Shown here one piece after another: positions 16,708-27,900 of a stretch of 64,000 bases of DNA (positions within the stretch are counted from its first letter, which is position 1; each line of letters starts with the position of its first letter). The notes below the pieces were generated by a model. It saw nothing but the letters and a program-made list of their open reading frames with translations. It had not been told where the DNA came from and did no database searches. The DNA lies in the IMG/VR virus record IMGVR_UViG_3300009370_000002. The stretch is one strand, 5' to 3'. Position numbers and translations under genes: made by a program. Origin of the DNA: a virus.

Positions 16708-17981
16708 TAATAACCTCCGCCAGAACCTCCGGATTTTTTGTTTGTAGTCGAAGGTTGATTTGGTACATCGCTCAATAAAACTCTTCTTCGCTCTAGTCTC
16801 TTAGTCCAACCACTCAATCCGAACGGCTTTGAGAATAGCTTATTTCTGAAGATGTCATTAATGTAACCTGCTTTGCCTGCTTTGTCAAGAAATTTGTTTG
16901 AGTTTGTTATTATTTGCCTTAGGACTGGTTTTGTGAATTCATTATTATTTTCAATGTTTCTTAATTCTGCATAAATTGATACCCAATGTCTAGAAAATCG
17001 ATAGTTTGTGTTGTATTCGTCTAAAAGTTGTCTTCTAAAAGTATTAACTCTAGTTTTATTGTTACAAGATACTGATATTGTTCTTTTTTCTTCATTAAAG
17101 ATTACAAAATCATTATAATATTTAATTATATAATTAATTAATAAATTAATATCATTTACATCTGTTCTATAATAATTCTGACTGAATAGTCCTAATATGT
17201 TTCGAGTGGCGGTTTTATCACCAGGGAAAAACTTACTGGCTGCTGGTGAGGACAAGTCAGCAACCAATACCCATGGAGCTTGTTTAATTATGGAAAACCC
17301 TTTGTTCAAGGCAATTTTCTTATAGTAAGGATAGGCTGGACTGTTGATAAAATTTACGCTTTGTTCATCGTTTCCGCCTTTGAAATTTTCTATTGCAAAT
17401 GCCAAACCAGTAGAGAAAATCGAATTATATTTCGACGTATACCACCCAGTATATGTAATTGGATCACCAGGGTTTTGTTCTCTGAAATATACCATTAAAT
17501 ACTTGACATACATATCAAAAGAGGTTATTTTTTTGATATCACTATCTGATAAATAATCCGTATTAAACCTCATTAAGATACCTCTTAAGTAATCTATATA
17601 CTTAAACGTTGGATTTTCCCATGCTCTCACAGGCTCCAACAGCGCAATGCTTCTAGTTGCCGGGCTTAACACACCAGACATAATTTTCAAGCTGATATTC
17701 ATTCTCATTTCATTATACATCTCGTTGACAAGTGGCAATATTTGAAATTGAGAAGAAGAATCACTCGCTGGTGCCGTTTGCATTGTTGTCATTGCGGTGT
17801 CTTTGGGTTGCACCACCACTCCGTTTGTATTAATTCTTCCGTAATAATTGAATTCAGCAAAGTTTAAGTCCTTTATAACCTTGGAGCCCTGTCCACCGTT
17901 TTCCGGATGGGCTTTCGCTTGGTACATAGACCTTAACGTTGCAATCTCTGCTGCTGAATTTATATTGTTTTTACCCCACAT
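16707..17981 (-). CDS. hypothetical protein (end of tail operon)
   Basis: 424 aa ORF, no motif recognised. Confidence 0.6.
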   Translation of the reverse strand: MWGKNNINSAAEIATLRSMYQAKAHPENGGQGSKVIKDLNFAEFNYYGRINTNGVVVQPKDTAMTTMQTAPASDSSSQFQILPLVNEMYNEMRMNISLKIMSGVLSPATRSIALLEPVRAWENPTFKYIDYLRGILMRFNTDYLSDSDIKKITSFDMYVKYLMVYFREQNPGDPITYTGWYTSKYNSIFSTGLAFAIENFKGGNDEQSVNFINSPAYPYYKKIALNKGFSIIKQAPWVLVADLSSPAASKFFPGDKTATRNILGLFSQNYYRTDVNDINLLINYIIKYYNDFVIFNEEKRTISVSCNNKTRVNTFRRQLLDEYNTNYRFSRHWVSIYAELRNIENNNEFTKPVLRQIITNSNKFLDKAGKAGYINDIFRNKLFSKPFGLSGWTKRLERRRVLLSDVPNQPSTTNKKSGGSGGGY

Positions 17982-17984
17982 TTA

Positions 17985-20900
17985 TCATTGTACTCCTTTT
18001 TCGTAATCTTCCTCGTCGTTGATTTTCATATCGGTTGTATAAAACTCGACCCTCTTGTCCTTCGGATTATACACTGCCATAACCCACAACCCATTAGATA
18101 TCAATACATATACGGTATTACCATTATGGTCCGTTGCATTTCTATCCCAGCCCATCCAATCATTCTCTGTTGGTTTTACGTTGCTCCTCCAATGGACAAA
18201 ATCGTTACCACTTCCCCCCTCAATCTGTATCCCCAATGTTCTATAGCCCTTCAGATCTGGGAACGTGGATATGCTCCCATACTCGTATTTACTATATTCA
18301 TCCTTTCCTCGCATTTCAAAATCTTTTGAAAGCGTAATTGTGTCCAACTCGCCTTCTTTGGCAATCTTCCCCTCAAAATTTATTGTATCTCCTGCCCTGA
18401 GTCCTACGGTGGAGGATGTCAAAGCCGGGGGCACCGTCTTTTTCGGAACAGAGCCACCAGATGAGCCACCAGATGAACCACCGCCACCACCTATTTTTGG
18501 ATTCTTCTTTGTGTTATGTGAACCAGCCCCTTGCAACGCCTTTAATGCTGCTGCCTGCCCTTTCCATGGCCCACTGAAGTTGGAATTGCAATTTGCAACT
18601 TTTTGATTAACCTTTGTCTTCTTTTTTGGTAATCTGAACCTGTCTACTCCTGCGTTGTTCGCTTTATCTTCGGATTTCAGTCCGTAATTTACCCAAGCAG
18701 CCTCAACCGTAGTGGTACATAGTGGTGATTTACCACCAGAAAATTTCATTTTATGATTAACTGATATAATTTGATAATACCCACCAATACCCAAATGGAA
18801 TGCCATCGAATTCAATTTGTTTGGGGCATCACCGAGTCCACCATCTACCCAACACAACTGCCCAGGATAAAGAAAAAAGCAAGCCCCTCCCATTTCAATT
18901 TTCACGTTATAAACTCCTGCGATTTGTGCAAGATTTCCTTGATTTGATGCAAAAAACTTTACTTCTCTTCTGTATGGGGCGTCTTTCTTTGAGAAAGACA
19001 TTTTGCTTATTAGTGAACCAACCCCCAATTCGTCATCACCGTTAACAAGAATCTCATCCACAATAGTTCTGTACTTAAATTCTGGAATGCCGTTTTGGTG
19101 GGCACTCGAATCTCCCTGTGCTGATTGAAATTCAAACGATCTTGCATTTGCTGGGTATAATATTAAATAATTATAATATTCATCGCGATATCGCATAGAG
19201 TTTTTCTTTAATAAGGGGAATTTCTTTACTGACTTGGTATCACTATACTTGTACTCTAGCACCCCATTTACTAATCTCTTGCTTATACGAGCAGCAGAAT
19301 AGCTATCAAGGATATTTTCAAAACACATTAACTTACCCCTTATTGCCTCTTTTCTTTTTGTCCCAACCAAACCAATATCCATTGATGCTCTAAATAATAC
19401 TTTATTTTCTGAGGCGATATCAAAGCACACCTCACCCATAAGCCTTGTTATAATATTTTGAGCAAGAGACTTTAAAAATGTTGCAACTGGATAGTAGCTA
19501 AGTTTTTTGTTTATAATTTCTTTGCGGAACCAATCTGCAAACCACTCTAAGTGAATTGGTACATCTGCCAAATTACTATCCATCTCCTCATACACACCAT
19601 CATTATTTGGTAAATACCACCGAAAAGAAGGAAGAATGACTTTTGTTCGTGGGGGTGAATAATAATATCCACCTAAAGATTTAGACAGCTTTCTGTCTCT
19701 GACTGGGTGGGGAAATGAAAATGTTTTATCAGCCTCCAGAGTTTGTCTTAATGACCTTCTATCAACATCCGTTTTCTTTCCACCCTGAGTCAGCCACATA
19801 TTCTCATGCATTCCATCCAACAAAACATCCACCAAATCCCCAAAAAAGAAGAATTGAATATCGGAAAAATCTTGCTTTTTGATAGGTGGCGGCTTGGTTT
19901 TGCCTTTATAACTAGAATCCTGCCCGGATGTGGTAAATTCCTGCCGCCATTTCGCATTAAAATCAGATGCTATCCCTGTGTCTGCGTTTAAAGATTTGTA
20001 CTTTTCAAGTATTTTTGTTCCATGCGGAAGAACGCCTTTAATCCATCCCTTTTCTTTAGTCAACTGCCTATACAGGAATATTTGTTTTGCCAAATTTGCA
20101 AAGTTGTGAGTTTTTTGTAAATGTTCTGTTATTTCTTTTGGTTTTATTATTGAAGTTCCAAGGGTAGATAATGCACTTGTCACAACTTTATTTTGAATTC
20201 CGACTGTAAAAAGTCTATCGCTATCGTTAAGTGCCGATATAATCCTAGGTAATGTTTCAAAAGTATCCGTATGTGCGTTATTTCTTAAAGAGCGAATTTT
20301 ATCTTGAATCTTTTTTGGATTGCAGCCCTGCATCATTGCGCCTCTTAAGTTCATTTCTCTTCCTATCCTGTCCTTCACAGTTTTTTGTCCTGCAAGTGCA
20401 TCCATTGAGGGGTCCGTTAAGACAGAATCAACATATCCCCTATACTCTACTGTTACTGTGGTTTTGTTGGTTTTTTCATCTTTCTTTATTTCATGATCCA
20501 CAACAGCGATATCCAATGCCAATGGAACGTTTGATAACATTTTGTTCATCGCCTTATAATGAGCAGGAGAGTATGAATCGTCTTCCCCCGGATCATGATA
20601 AACATAACTTTTCAATAATAATCGATTATAATCGGGGTGGTATTGGTTCCGAAACGCACTAGAAAAGCCCGTTGGGTTTGAATTATTTGTATAGGTTATT
20701 AAATCCAAAAAAGAAAACTCGTATTTGACATCTTGCATTTTCCCATCCCATCCTTCAATTTCATATTCATATTCAAAAACTTGCTCTAAAAGCCTTATGT
20801 CCGGTAAATGAAAGTCGATTTTAACAGTGACATCAGATTTTGCCGTTGCCGTGTTTCCACCCTTAAAGTTGATGTCAATAGAATTCATGGTTATTATGTC

Positions 20901-23015
20901 ACCACGATATAAATCTTTTATATCTTTTCGAAATGCCTTTTCAATGAAAATTTCTTTTGCAACATTTGTGCCGCTACCGTCTTCTATCAGTCTAGAAAAC
21001 GGAAACAACATTGGCAATTCAACTTCTTCTCCATTGTTTATCAATTTGCCATTCTTATCAGTATAATTTTTAACAATTTTTGATAACCTTACAAAGGTAC
21101 GAACACCACGAGTAAAATATTCTGAACAATTCAAATAATCATTAATGCTTACTGTCGCATCTCCTTCCGAAGTCATAGGGGGAAGCGTTAGTGCATTAAT
21201 GAAATTTTGATATGGCTTTATCGACAATGGGATAACTCTCCCCCCATATGGCAAATGTGCATCATCTGCTGGGATTTTAATTGTGGTACCAGCAGCGATT
21301 TCCCCTCGGATTGCACCACCACTTTTATCTTGATATGTTCTTAACATAATGGATAAGTTTTCCAATTCCGACATACCAGCCAACAAAACACATTGTTTGA
21401 TATTTTTTCTCAATTCTTCCTTTTTTTGTTTTATTTTATGAGCAGTGCTTTTTGATCTTGGACTCATTTTGGCTGAGACATCATTTATGCCTTGGAGCAT
21501 TTTTTTCAAAGCGGCAGTTTTAGCCTTTTCTGCATCTGCCCACTGTGAGGTGGCGAAATCATCTTGTTGTGGGTATTCTGGGAGTACGCCTATCATTAAA
21601 CTTTCTGCGAGGTAATTGGGGTGATGATGCACAACCGGCGTCTTTCTATTCTGCATCACGGCCCAGTCAAACGCATCTCTCATCTCCTGAGTCCAATTAA
21701 GGGTTTCTTCCATGGTTTTGAGGTGCGAATCTATAATAACTTTGCTTGCCTCATCAAACCCTTTCACCGTGCCCGTCTGAGTAGTGGTTGTCGTGTTCGT
21801 AATGTGATCGTGTTGCATGGTGACGTCCGCCCCACCATGGACTTCCATGGCATTATATTGGGCTTCGAGGGATTGCCAATATCTTAAAGCAGCCCCCCAT
21901 TTCAGCCCCTGCACAAAATCAGCCTTGGTAAGTTCGCTTACTCTTTTGTAATACATCTCGTCAGTAGAAAAAGTGAAAATATGAGACGAATCTTCATCGT
22001 TAGGATCCGTTGGCGCAAATTGAAAGTATTGATTCTTCTGATTTTTTACGGTGTTCTGCTTAACAACACCAGTCGGCATACTATCACGAGCCGTAGCACC
22101 AACAAGGCCAAGGTAAACAAGACATATCACATCAGTGAAAGCTTTATCTACCCAAGAAGGCTGATACTTCTTACCTGTATGGCCAGATTGTACGGAATGC
22201 ATAAGTCCATCCCCCTCAATCTTTCCGAAATCCTCATAGGCTTTGTTTTTTGCCTCTATCTCTTTTGGGGTGTCTTCTGGCATTGCGGCTATTTTATCTT
22301 CACCGCCCTCAAATATTTTCACAATTGCTGCCTGGAAATCACTTTTCATATCCTCACTTTCATTGCTGAGTGCGCCACCGTAATATTCTGAAGCTTCGTA
22401 TTGTACGTGGGTATCGGGCGAAGCCTTCCCCTTATAAAACTGTTCTGTTTTCTTTTTATTCGCAAGTTGGGGTTTTTTCGCAGCCTTGCCAGTGTATTCG
22501 CCCGCTCCCCTTGCCTGTTGTGAAAAAGTGCCACCCACATTTTGCCAAATTGGAGACATTATTTCTGTTACCATCACAGCAGTATCTTCAGCCAAACCTG
22601 ACCTTGTAACACCGGGAACTGCCTTCCGTATTACCCATTCTACCAAAGCTGCGGATGATGTCCTATTATCATCCGCCTTGTGAAGTTTGTCGGGCTTACT
22701 GATGAGCAATTTGTGTAGGATATAAATAAGAGCTTTTTCGCCACCACCATCCGACGTCAGCGCAGAAGTTGTATTGAGATACCCTCCTGCTCCCTCTAAG
22801 CAGTTCATTAGACATTCATCCCCAGTCCACTTTATGCCTCCGGGGGTTTTCCGTCCTTCAATATCAAACTTAGGCTGACTCTGAAGTAATGACCACTCTG
22901 CTACAAGTTCAAGATCATCGGCATATCCGAGTTGGGTTGTCCAGTGATCTTTTGCATCTTCAAAGGTTATTGTCGGGATTGCCGTCAAACGTCCACTATA
23001 ATTTTGTCCGCTCAT
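17985..23015 (-). CDS. large baseplate hub protein (gp27/late control D-like core)
   Basis: 1676 aa; position after LysM/gp53-like gene; FLYPGQLCWVD...LGIGGYYQIISVNHKM beta motif typical of hub proteins. Confidence 0.55.
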   Translation of the reverse strand: MSGQNYSGRLTAIPTITFEDAKDHWTTQLGYADDLELVAEWSLLQSQPKFDIEGRKTPGGIKWTGDECLMNCLEGAGGYLNTTSALTSDGGGEKALIYILHKLLISKPDKLHKADDNRTSSAALVEWVIRKAVPGVTRSGLAEDTAVMVTEIMSPIWQNVGGTFSQQARGAGEYTGKAAKKPQLANKKKTEQFYKGKASPDTHVQYEASEYYGGALSNESEDMKSDFQAAIVKIFEGGEDKIAAMPEDTPKEIEAKNKAYEDFGKIEGDGLMHSVQSGHTGKKYQPSWVDKAFTDVICLVYLGLVGATARDSMPTGVVKQNTVKNQKNQYFQFAPTDPNDEDSSHIFTFSTDEMYYKRVSELTKADFVQGLKWGAALRYWQSLEAQYNAMEVHGGADVTMQHDHITNTTTTTQTGTVKGFDEASKVIIDSHLKTMEETLNWTQEMRDAFDWAVMQNRKTPVVHHHPNYLAESLMIGVLPEYPQQDDFATSQWADAEKAKTAALKKMLQGINDVSAKMSPRSKSTAHKIKQKKEELRKNIKQCVLLAGMSELENLSIMLRTYQDKSGGAIRGEIAAGTTIKIPADDAHLPYGGRVIPLSIKPYQNFINALTLPPMTSEGDATVSINDYLNCSEYFTRGVRTFVRLSKIVKNYTDKNGKLINNGEEVELPMLFPFSRLIEDGSGTNVAKEIFIEKAFRKDIKDLYRGDIITMNSIDINFKGGNTATAKSDVTVKIDFHLPDIRLLEQVFEYEYEIEGWDGKMQDVKYEFSFLDLITYTNNSNPTGFSSAFRNQYHPDYNRLLLKSYVYHDPGEDDSYSPAHYKAMNKMLSNVPLALDIAVVDHEIKKDEKTNKTTVTVEYRGYVDSVLTDPSMDALAGQKTVKDRIGREMNLRGAMMQGCNPKKIQDKIRSLRNNAHTDTFETLPRIISALNDSDRLFTVGIQNKVVTSALSTLGTSIIKPKEITEHLQKTHNFANLAKQIFLYRQLTKEKGWIKGVLPHGTKILEKYKSLNADTGIASDFNAKWRQEFTTSGQDSSYKGKTKPPPIKKQDFSDIQFFFFGDLVDVLLDGMHENMWLTQGGKKTDVDRRSLRQTLEADKTFSFPHPVRDRKLSKSLGGYYYSPPRTKVILPSFRWYLPNNDGVYEEMDSNLADVPIHLEWFADWFRKEIINKKLSYYPVATFLKSLAQNIITRLMGEVCFDIASENKVLFRASMDIGLVGTKRKEAIRGKLMCFENILDSYSAARISKRLVNGVLEYKYSDTKSVKKFPLLKKNSMRYRDEYYNYLILYPANARSFEFQSAQGDSSAHQNGIPEFKYRTIVDEILVNGDDELGVGSLISKMSFSKKDAPYRREVKFFASNQGNLAQIAGVYNVKIEMGGACFFLYPGQLCWVDGGLGDAPNKLNSMAFHLGIGGYYQIISVNHKMKFSGGKSPLCTTTVEAAWVNYGLKSEDKANNAGVDRFRLPKKKTKVNQKVANCNSNFSGPWKGQAAALKALQGAGSHNTKKNPKIGGGGGSSGGSSGGSVPKKTVPPALTSSTVGLRAGDTINFEGKIAKEGELDTITLSKDFEMRGKDEYSKYEYGSISTFPDLKGYRTLGIQIEGGSGNDFVHWRSNVKPTENDWMGWDRNATDHNGNTVYVLISNGLWVMAVYNPKDKRVEFYTTDMKINDEEDYEKGVQ

Positions 23016-23019
23016 TTTG

Positions 23020-23349
23020 TCAACCCACCAATTCTCTATAAATTTCTAATGCTGGATACGGAATTTCTATAACATCTCCGTAATTATAGTGGGCATCTGT
23101 TGGTTTGTCATTCCATAATGCAATTATCCACCAATATTCAACACTATCATAATATATATTTGCTAACTTGAAAAGCCTATCACCTTTTGCCCAAACGTGC
23201 TCTCTTGTTGCAAAAGCTCCTTTGAAATATCTCCTATTAAAGAAAAAGGTAGCATATTGATCTATATTTTGAAGTCCCCTATTATCAAACCACTCTTTGT
23301 AGCTGTCATCGTCATTTAAAACGACTTTTCTATCTGTATATTTAGGCAT
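23020..23349 (-). CDS. LysM-like baseplate wedge / tail X protein (gp53-like)
   Basis: HVWAKGDRLFKLANIYYDSVEYWWIIALWN...YGDVIEIP. Confidence 0.75.
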   Translation of the reverse strand: MPKYTDRKVVLNDDDSYKEWFDNRGLQNIDQYATFFFNRRYFKGAFATREHVWAKGDRLFKLANIYYDSVEYWWIIALWNDKPTDAHYNYGDVIEIPYPALEIYRELVG

Positions 23350-23362
23350 ACTTTTTCCTCAT

Positions 23363-24946
23363 TTAATTTTTAAACCCCATATCATTAACTTCTAGTGAGA
23401 ATGACAAATCAAAAGATTTCATGAAAAGCATCCCTTTGTCTTCGAAATAACCAAGCTCAGGATTTGGTTTAACCGACAACTTAGTACACACGCACCTTAC
23501 AAATTCGCCTTCATTTTCATATATTTGCCCGTTACTTATTAAATTTGCAAATTTGACAGACATTTCCGCCGTAGATGTTGTTGTTCCGCCTTCTGCTGGC
23601 ATTATCATCCTCATTAGCTTTTGCAACTGTAGGTGGTGAAATCTTGCTTGGGCAAGATTATGAGAAGCCACAGTAAAGCCCAAATTATAAATTGGCATTT
23701 TGGCATCAAAAACCAGCCTGTTTTTTCCCGTTAAGTGTCTAAATTCTTGAATATTTTTGTTGTCTATCTTCCTTTCTATAGAAAAAGATTTTAACAACGG
23801 AAGATATTCTATGTTAACACCCCACTTTTTAAACTTGATAGTACCATTATTTTGTTTAGTGTATCTGTCCTCAAACCCAGGAACATCTTTTGCACTCGAA
23901 ACACCAAAAGGCCACGTCTTGATATCATTTTGGTGGTATGGCCCACGAGAATAGCCCCCACCGGCAGTTCCAGCATCACCTTTTCCAAGATTCCCAAACC
24001 CAAGTATGTTTGATTTAACACCTGTTAAATCACTGTTGATTAAGTGTAAATCAAATGTCAGTGTATGTGCTTTTGGGTACAACTCCCCGTTGCTTTCAAA
24101 GAATCCCATATCCAAGTTTACATCGTCCTTTGCATTCGTCATAAAGCATCTTAAACCATATGTTGACATGTGTTTGTGAGTTTTCTTACTACTTGAATTC
24201 ATAATTTGATGAAGTTCGGTGTATCTCCCACTTTGTATTAGGTTTGCAAAACTAACTAGCAACACAATTTGCTTCCCTGTGAATGATGGCGAATATCCGC
24301 TCCCAATCGCTTTTTTGAGCTTTTGAACGTCTATTACAATATTCTTTTCTGACTTTTTCTCTTCTGCTTTCTTTCCATTTGCTTTTGTCACTCCACCGGG
24401 GCCACTGTCCACGGGTGGATTTTTTGTTTTTTTTCCTTTGCCATATGCTGACATACACCGCTTTATTTTAGCTAATCTGGCAGCGGACAGCTTACTTTCA
24501 TCAATTTGTTTTCCTGATCCTTTTGTGGGGACTTTGCTAATAGCCGCTTTACACCATTCCATTGAAGGGGCGTTCTTCTTCTTAGTGGCTTCATTATATT
24601 TTTTCGGCCGAAGCCACCCCATTAATGTTCTGATTTTTCCGGCATTAGCAATAGATTCATTCACGCTTACTGCCGGCATTTCCATTGAAACTTTTATCAT
24701 CAAATCAACACCAGTTATAGCTTGGGCTGGATTGGCATTTTGGATGGAAGATATAATATCTTCTGTTTTGACATTAAGGCTGTAAGTCATATCTTTGATA
24801 AATGGCTTAAATGCTAGCAATTCCCCCGATAATCCTTCCTTTGCTATATAAAAGTAGGCGTTCTTATTTTGAACATATCTAGCAGAAAAGTCATCCCCAA
24901 GATCCAAAGTGCTATCGAAGCTATTTAAGTCATTCCACCACGCCAT
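23363..24946 (-). CDS. baseplate tube-initiator-like protein with two related domains
   Basis: Position between tape measure and LysM gene; N- and C-terminal halves share an FxxFxxxxxxS...A....A.....xLxxLMxxxxP...V.FANLI pattern. Confidence 0.5.
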   Translation of the reverse strand: MAWWNDLNSFDSTLDLGDDFSARYVQNKNAYFYIAKEGLSGELLAFKPFIKDMTYSLNVKTEDIISSIQNANPAQAITGVDLMIKVSMEMPAVSVNESIANAGKIRTLMGWLRPKKYNEATKKKNAPSMEWCKAAISKVPTKGSGKQIDESKLSAARLAKIKRCMSAYGKGKKTKNPPVDSGPGGVTKANGKKAEEKKSEKNIVIDVQKLKKAIGSGYSPSFTGKQIVLLVSFANLIQSGRYTELHQIMNSSSKKTHKHMSTYGLRCFMTNAKDDVNLDMGFFESNGELYPKAHTLTFDLHLINSDLTGVKSNILGFGNLGKGDAGTAGGGYSRGPYHQNDIKTWPFGVSSAKDVPGFEDRYTKQNNGTIKFKKWGVNIEYLPLLKSFSIERKIDNKNIQEFRHLTGKNRLVFDAKMPIYNLGFTVASHNLAQARFHHLQLQKLMRMIMPAEGGTTTSTAEMSVKFANLISNGQIYENEGEFVRCVCTKLSVKPNPELGYFEDKGMLFMKSFDLSFSLEVNDMGFKN

Positions 24947-27646
24947 TTATCTATTCTCCACTATCATTTCTGATATCAAGTGCCTCAGTTCTTCCCCGTC
25001 TAAGACAACAGTAACATTAACCTCGGGGGCAGAAATTTTTGCCTCATCCATATTAACATCGACTGTGATATTGTTTGGCATCATCATGAACATTCCGCCT
25101 TGCCCAGCAACAACAGTTGTCATCGTCCCATCAGATTGAATCATTAAACTTCCATCTCCCATTGCGCTCCTTATTCCACTAGCTGCTGTTCCCAATCCAG
25201 ATAGTCCTGCTCTAAGGTTTTTGATTCCTTCTCCCATAGCCCCGACAGCTTGCCCTATAGATATCAAATCTGCAAAGCTTGTTCCGCTAAGCGCCATTGA
25301 CGCCCTAAGAGCAAACAGAGCAATTGTACCAGCGGCGATGCCCAATGTTGCCATTAAAGCCATCTTGCCCAAGAAAAAGAACCCAGCCCCAATAGCCACG
25401 AGTGCCCCAGCCATAGCAAACATTGGGCCTACTGCGGATATCACTGTTTCCAGAAGCCCAGATATTGCATCTATCAAAGGCGGCAAGACATAGAATATCC
25501 CAACAAGCCCTGCCATAATCACGATAAGAGCAGGTAGAGCAGCCATCATAGCCGGTCCGGCGAAGTAAAACGCTGCACCAAGAGCAATAATTCCAATAGC
25601 CATTATTGCTCCCATTTCCCACAAAGCAGGAGAACCAGACAAAAGAAAAGCTGCCATGAGGCCTATTAATACAGCCGCCAAGACAATTCCAGCACTAACT
25701 GCAAACCACGAAGCACTTCCAAAAGCAAATTTTGATGCTGTTGCTGCCTGTTCCAGCGTCATACCAGATGCCAGTGCTGCCATATAACTAGCTTGATGGA
25801 CAGTATATGCTAATTGTGCCAATTTTAATCCGACATAAGCGAATGTTACTTTGCCGATATTGTTTCCCATCCAGCCAAATATCGAAGCCAGTTTTTCAGC
25901 CAAGTTAAGCAATGTTGGGGTGGCTGCGATTAATGCTTCCAGGACTTTCTCGAACCCACCACCCTTCATCATCGCTTCTTTGAATTTATTCATCAACTGT
26001 GTTAGAGCCGGTACCATATCCATTACATTACCTTGTAACTCTGCTAGAGATTCTGCGTGAGCTTTCTGTTTTGCAATTGCTTCCTCGTCAACCTCAACAC
26101 CGTGCTCCAAATATCCCTGAAGTAACTGAACATTGTCTCCAAACCCAAGTATTTCAGCAGCAGCCAATCTTTGGTGCTTTGTCATCGCTTCATAGCCACC
26201 AGTAGCATTTATCAGAGACATCCTCATCTCTTCGTTAATCTCGCTAGCAGTCATGGACTGCATAGAAATTGCACTAATGCTTGTTCCAAATACTGCGTTC
26301 ATCTGAGCAGCTTTATCTGCACCAGTGCTGAACTTATTGAACGCTTTTGCAACGTTAAGCATTTGAGTTATCGATACACCAGTCTTTTGGGATGCCTTGC
26401 CCAAATTCAAGATTTCGGTTTTTGCATCTCCACCCATACTCATTACGGTTCCTGCGAAGCTTTCAAAATCAGAAGCAGCCTGTTGAGCATCCAAACCCAT
26501 ATTTCGAGCAGTTGCTATGAATTGAACCATTGCCTTATTACCAGCTTCAGCGCCCTTCTTGACGCCTCCGAACTCATAAGACATCATCCTAGTGAGTTTT
26601 GCGGTTTTCTTCTCGGAGATACCCAGCTTGGCAACAAGGGTATTTGTTTTCGTAATGCTATCACGGACACTTTCATCCTGCTCGGCAAATCCTGCTAATT
26701 CCAGCCTTGCTGCCGTATACGCCTTGCCCATGTCTTTAACTGAGATGTTGTATTTCCCCAATTGTTCGCTCTGTGCTGCAACCAAGATTCCTTGCATTTC
26801 ATCTCTTGCTGCACCGGTGGCTTTGGTTAGCGCTATCGTCGCTTCTTCAATTGCGAAAAACTGTTCAACCATTATAGTTGCCACGTTACCCAAGATATTC
26901 ATTGGAGAGAACAACGACATAACCCCACCAGCCAGCAATTTGGTTGCGCCCCAAGCGTCATTCCTAAACGCCATCGCAACATTGGAAGCACCTTGAACCA
27001 TTTTCCCAAGTGTAGTATCTGAGGCTTTCGCTGTGATTCCCAGTTTCTTTGACATGAAATTGAAGGCATTGTTGACATCATCAGCGGCATTCTCTACATG
27101 ATCAAGGTCCCCTTTCATTTTTCCTAAACCGGCTGACGCACTATCGAGCTTTTCATTGTCCAAAATATCAGTATCTGACATTTCTTGCAATTGTTTTGCA
27201 ATTCTTGGAGGCAGATTTCCCATCTCAACAAGCTTTTTCATCATATCGGTTAAAGCTTTCCCGTGTTCCTCTGCTGCTCCTTTTGCTGCTATGAGTCTTT
27301 TTCCTGCTATTATTGCTTCTCTTGAATCATCCCCCTTTTCTTGTTGGACTTTTGCAAGTGCCTTTTCAGCATTGATTTTCTCTTGATTTAGCTGCTTCTG
27401 TTTATCAGTCATTTTGCTTATAGCATCAACTTCAAGCTTTTGCATCTTTATGGTGTTTTTGTATGCTGCGATTCTATCATCCATTACAGCATTGATTCTT
27501 TGCTCAATTCGTTCTTGTTCTTTACGTCTTTCCAATTCGGCTTTTTGAAAATCCGCAATTTCAGCAGCAGTTAGTCCGCCTGAACCACCGCCACCATCAT
27601 CACCGCCGCCACCTTCATCGTCTGCTGGACCTTCCCATTCCCACAT
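24947..27646 (-). CDS. tape measure protein
   Basis: 899 aa, Ala/Gly/Met-rich helical with hydrophobic C-terminal stretches; directly downstream of tail chaperones. Confidence 0.85.
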   Translation of the reverse strand: MWEWEGPADDEGGGGDDGGGGSGGLTAAEIADFQKAELERRKEQERIEQRINAVMDDRIAAYKNTIKMQKLEVDAISKMTDKQKQLNQEKINAEKALAKVQQEKGDDSREAIIAGKRLIAAKGAAEEHGKALTDMMKKLVEMGNLPPRIAKQLQEMSDTDILDNEKLDSASAGLGKMKGDLDHVENAADDVNNAFNFMSKKLGITAKASDTTLGKMVQGASNVAMAFRNDAWGATKLLAGGVMSLFSPMNILGNVATIMVEQFFAIEEATIALTKATGAARDEMQGILVAAQSEQLGKYNISVKDMGKAYTAARLELAGFAEQDESVRDSITKTNTLVAKLGISEKKTAKLTRMMSYEFGGVKKGAEAGNKAMVQFIATARNMGLDAQQAASDFESFAGTVMSMGGDAKTEILNLGKASQKTGVSITQMLNVAKAFNKFSTGADKAAQMNAVFGTSISAISMQSMTASEINEEMRMSLINATGGYEAMTKHQRLAAAEILGFGDNVQLLQGYLEHGVEVDEEAIAKQKAHAESLAELQGNVMDMVPALTQLMNKFKEAMMKGGGFEKVLEALIAATPTLLNLAEKLASIFGWMGNNIGKVTFAYVGLKLAQLAYTVHQASYMAALASGMTLEQAATASKFAFGSASWFAVSAGIVLAAVLIGLMAAFLLSGSPALWEMGAIMAIGIIALGAAFYFAGPAMMAALPALIVIMAGLVGIFYVLPPLIDAISGLLETVISAVGPMFAMAGALVAIGAGFFFLGKMALMATLGIAAGTIALFALRASMALSGTSFADLISIGQAVGAMGEGIKNLRAGLSGLGTAASGIRSAMGDGSLMIQSDGTMTTVVAGQGGMFMMMPNNITVDVNMDEAKISAPEVNVTVVLDGEELRHLISEMIVENR

Positions 27647-27681
27647 TTAGTGTACCTCTTTAATGATAATTAGTTATAGAG

Positions 27682-27712
27682 AAAAATACCCGGTTTATTC
27701 CGGGTATTTTTT
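27682..27712 (-). terminator. intrinsic terminator
   Basis: AAAAATACCCGG-tttatt-CCGGGTATTTTT inverted repeat. Confidence 0.7.
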
Positions 27713-27900
27713 ATCTTCTCATAGCTTTTTTCTGCTGTTCTGCTTCTTTCTCATATTCTTTCATTGTTCTCTTTATCCACCATGACCGCAACCCTATGGG
27801 CAATGAGTACATTTCAGACAGAGACCAACCACCATAATGCTTTAAAATGAAAAAAGACTCATAGACTTGTTCCATGTATTCATCGTTCAGGCCAAAAAAA
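27711..27900 (-). CDS. tail assembly chaperone second frame (gpT-like), probably reached by frameshift
   Basis: FFGLNDEYMEQVYESFFILKHYGGWSLSEMYSLPIGLRSWW frame open across the T7 run at 27894-27900; directly upstream of tape measure. Confidence 0.6.

Noticed and set aside
14723-23015. Phage-nucleus (chimallin) system
   Set aside because: A tubulin-like gene is present but no ORF resembles chimallin, and the head/tail genes are T4-like; cannot be excluded elsewhere in the genome
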